Positions 60,960 to 64,000 of a stretch of 64,000 bases of DNA are shown here, piece after piece. Position 1 is the first letter of the stretch; each line of letters opens with the position of its first letter. Under the pieces are notes generated by a model, which made no database searches, was not told the origin of the DNA, and worked only from the letters and a program-made list of their open reading frames with translations. The DNA is from Malacoraja senta (Eukaryota). The DNA is taken from NCBI GenBank assembly GCA_038087875.1, contig JAXLNO010004283.1, forward strand, positions 1-64,000, in the 5' to 3' direction. The translations under genes were made by a program, and so were the position numbers.

Positions 60960-62360
60960 CTGCGGCTGTGTAAGGCACTGGTCAGGCTGCATTTGGAGTA
61001 CTGTGAGCAAATATGGGCCCCATTATCTGAGGAAGGATGTGCTGGCTCTGGAGGTTTACAAGAACGATTCCAGGCATGAGTGGGTTAGCATATGATGAGC
61101 ATTTGACAGCACTGGGCCTCTACTCGCTGGAGTTTAGAAGGATGAGGGGGCGACCTCATTGAAACTTACAGAATAATGAAAGGCATAGATAGAATGGATG
61201 TGGAAAGGATGGGACTAGGGGGAAGTATTTATTTAAAATTAAAAAAAAAAATTTTAATGTTCAGCACGGACTTGAAGGGCCGAGATGGCCTGTTTCCGTG
61301 CTGTAATGGTTATATGGTTATATGATGTTTCCACTGGTGGGAGAGTCTAGTGTTAAGGTTCATTTTCTTAAAACAGACAACTTACAATGTTAGGTAAAAC
61401 CAACACAAGCTTTAATGATCATTTAGCTAGAGAGTGCTAGGAGATACAAAGTCAAGCATACAGCAGATACTTAACTCCTTCCAGGCCACCACTCTAATGA
61501 ATGAAGACATACACCATCTTTTATACTGTTTTGGAAACATAGTCACATGTTCATACAGAATTGCAGCAATGACATCTAACATATCAATCACAGCTCTACC
61601 CATTCAAAGCATGCTTGTCACTAATACAATACTTCTCATGCTATGGTTATATCGATCACAAACTTTAGTTACGAAACCCGCAAATAACAGGAAGTAAGTC
61701 AAAGGTCTATCATCTGCAGTACCTTCTTAAACAATGTAAGGATCCTTATCAATTGCCCACAGAAGTTTCTGTTTACAACTTCCAGCTTCCAACTTTTCAG
61801 AAAGCTTATCCTCTCTTAAGGCTTCTGTTTACAGAAGCTAGAACCTTCTCAAGAAGTACAAACCCTCTCACCATTGGCAATATCTTTTGCTTGGGCACAA
61901 CAGGAACCAGCTTGGATGCAGTTTGAATGCTGGCCTCCAATTTCCTGATTACCCAGCCCTTCTACAGAACCCAAATTTCAAAGCTTTCATTTCCTCAGAA
62001 TCCAAAACCCAAATTACTTTACTTAATAAAATACATAAAATATTCCATTATTAACTAGGATATTATCACTAGGACCAAAGGTCATAGTCTCAGAATTAAA
62101 GGGAGCTCATTTAGAAAGGAGGTGAGGAGGAACTTCTTTAGTCAGAGGGTAATTAATCTGTGAAAATCATTGCCACAGAGGGCTGCTGAGGTCAAGTCAG
62201 TGGATATTTTTAAGGCAGAGATGGACAAATTCTTGATTAGAACGGATGTCAAGGGTTATGGGGAGAAGGCAGGAAAATGGGATTAGGAGGCAGAGATCAG
62301 CCATGATTGAATGGCAGAATGGACTCAATGGGCTGAATGGCCTAATTCTACTCCTATAAC
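60960..62360 (+). mobile_element. CR1 3' fragment interrupted by a second CR1 tail (~61213-61325) and the solo LTR
   Basis: ALVRLHLEYCEQIW motif; FFSQRVINL-type 3' end after 62072. Confidence 0.8.
61351..62068. mobile_element. Solo LTR (718 bp) inserted in a CR1 fragment
   Basis: TG...CA termini, 4-bp TSD CTAG (61347-61350, 62069-62072); removal restores the CR1 sequence GGAGAGTCTAGGACCA. Confidence 0.85.
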
Positions 62361-63849
62361 CTGTGAACTTGTGAACATCTCTGGAGGGAACGGGCAAGCG
62401 ACGTTTTGGGTCGGGACACTTCTTCAGACATTGCCAGGGTCATCCCACATCCCACAACATCCCAATCCATTGAATCCCTCCACTTTGGCAACCATGGGTG
62501 AGGGCGGGCCATTGGAGACGATGAAGAAGGGTCCCTACTCGAAAGTCTCAAGAAGAGGCCCAACCCGAAACATCACCTACCCATTTTCTCTCACCCTTTA
62601 CGTCACCACGGACCACGTTGAAAGCAGTTGTTCTAGTGGGCGTAACTTTCTCCAGAAACACAGAGTCCAGGTAATTCTCCCCGAGACCCTTCTTCAGACT
62701 GAGAGTCAGGGGAAAGGGACATGAGAGATATAGACGATGGTATAGAGAGATAGCGAACAAATGAATGAAAGACATGGAAAAAAGTAACGATGTTGAAGGG
62801 AGCAAGCTTTGTTGGCTGCGGGCTAGGTGAAAACGAGTTACAGACAATGAGACTCAACAGGATGACAGTGAAACTAGTACCATGACTCAGGTGGGGGAGG
62901 GACGGAGAGAGGGGATGCAAGGGTTACTTGAAGTTAGAGAAATCAATATTCATACCGCTGGGTTGTAAGCTGCCCAAGCGAAATATGAGATGCTGTTCCT
63001 CGACCTGATTTGTCACTGATTCCTTTTCTCTAGAGATGCTGCATGACCTGCTGAGTTACTCCAGCACTTTCTAAACCAGCTTCTGCTTCAGTTCCATGTG
63101 TCAACAGGACCCTCTGGGTGGTGGCATCAGGATGTCCAGCAGCAGGGAGGTGCCGCCTATAGCAAGACCCTCCCTCAGTCCCAGGACATCAGCCCTCAGC
63201 CTGCATGGAGAAGACAGGCTTCCCTTAGGTGGTGACTGTGGCCAAGGGAATAACCTCCTCCACCACTGGCCATGGGCCACGATATTGGCCAAACGCAGGC
63301 AGGTGGGACTCGTGTAGGTGGGACATGTTGGTTGGTGTGGGCACGTTGGGCCACGGGGCCTGTTTCCACACTGTATGAGTAGGAAGGAACTGCAGATGCG
63401 GGTTTAAACCAAAGATAGACACAAAAAGCTGGAGTAACTCAGCGGGTCAGGCAGCATCTCTGCAGAAAAGGCATAGGTTTGGAGATGTGTTTAGCTGGGG
63501 TTCTGGCGTTGAAGGTGGAGCTGCTCAGTCCACCTAAACCTACCTGATTTCCCAGTTGCTAAACACTTTAACTCCCCCTCCCATTCCCACACTGACCTTT
63601 CTGTCCTGGGCCTCCTCCATTGTCAGAGTGAGGCCCAGTGCAAATTGGAGGAACAACACCTGATATTTCACTTGGGTAGCTTACAACCCCAGCAGTATGA
63701 ATATTGATTTATTTTAATAACCCTTGCATCCCCTCGCTCTCCATCCCTCCCCCGCCCCAGTCATCGTACTGGTTTCACTGTTGTCTTGTTGAGGCTCATT
63801 GTCTGTAACTCGTTTTCACCTAGCTCACAGCCAACAATGGCCTATATTA

Positions 63850-64000
63850 TACATAGATACATAGATACATAGAAAATAGGTGCAGGAGTAGGCCATTCGG
63901 CGCTTCGAGCCTGCACCGCCATTCAATATGATCATGGCTGATCATCCAACTCAGTATCCCGTACCTGCCTTCTCTCCATACCCCCTGATCCCCTTAGCCA
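63850..64000 (-). mobile_element. CR1 3'UTR/tail (continues beyond the window)
   Basis: Nearly identical to 13365-13510 (ATAGATACATAGAAAATAGGTGCAGGAGTAGG...). Confidence 0.85.

Noticed and set aside
63108-63228. 121-nt AG/GT-bounded candidate exon
   Set aside because: Weak donor (GTGGTG), no recognisable protein similarity, surrounded by TE fragments; needs RNA-seq support.
1-64000. TAP1/TAP2, PSMB8/9, B2M, class II or other MHC-linked coding exons
   Set aside because: Looked for because of expected linkage; no recognisable motifs in the ORF track or by eye. Small exons could have been missed.

Overview
Eukaryotic genomic DNA, most likely from a cartilaginous fish and probably a skate or ray. 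That assignment is inferred from the HE1/V-type SINEs, the CR1 LINE families and the shark-type MHC sequence. The only host protein-coding gene I can support is a 7-coding-exon MHC class I heavy-chain gene on the minus strand (4876-26643) with a ~17 kb intron 1. It keeps all classical peptide-anchoring residues and has an X1-X2-Y promoter, but carries frameshifts in G/C homopolymer runs in both the alpha1 and alpha2 exons, so it is either misassembled or a young pseudogene. Most of the rest is transposon-derived: two near-full-length CR1 LINEs plus many fragments, a nested L1, Penelope-like elements with minimal hammerhead ribozymes, Rex1/Babar and Vingi-like pieces, and SINEs. There is also a very young internally deleted ERV (793-bp LTRs, GATC target-site duplication [TSD]) and a solo LTR. 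An orphan CpG-island promoter-like module (GC-box minisatellite plus TGACG array) lies at 43.6-45.1 kb. Family names come from motif recognition; no database search was run.
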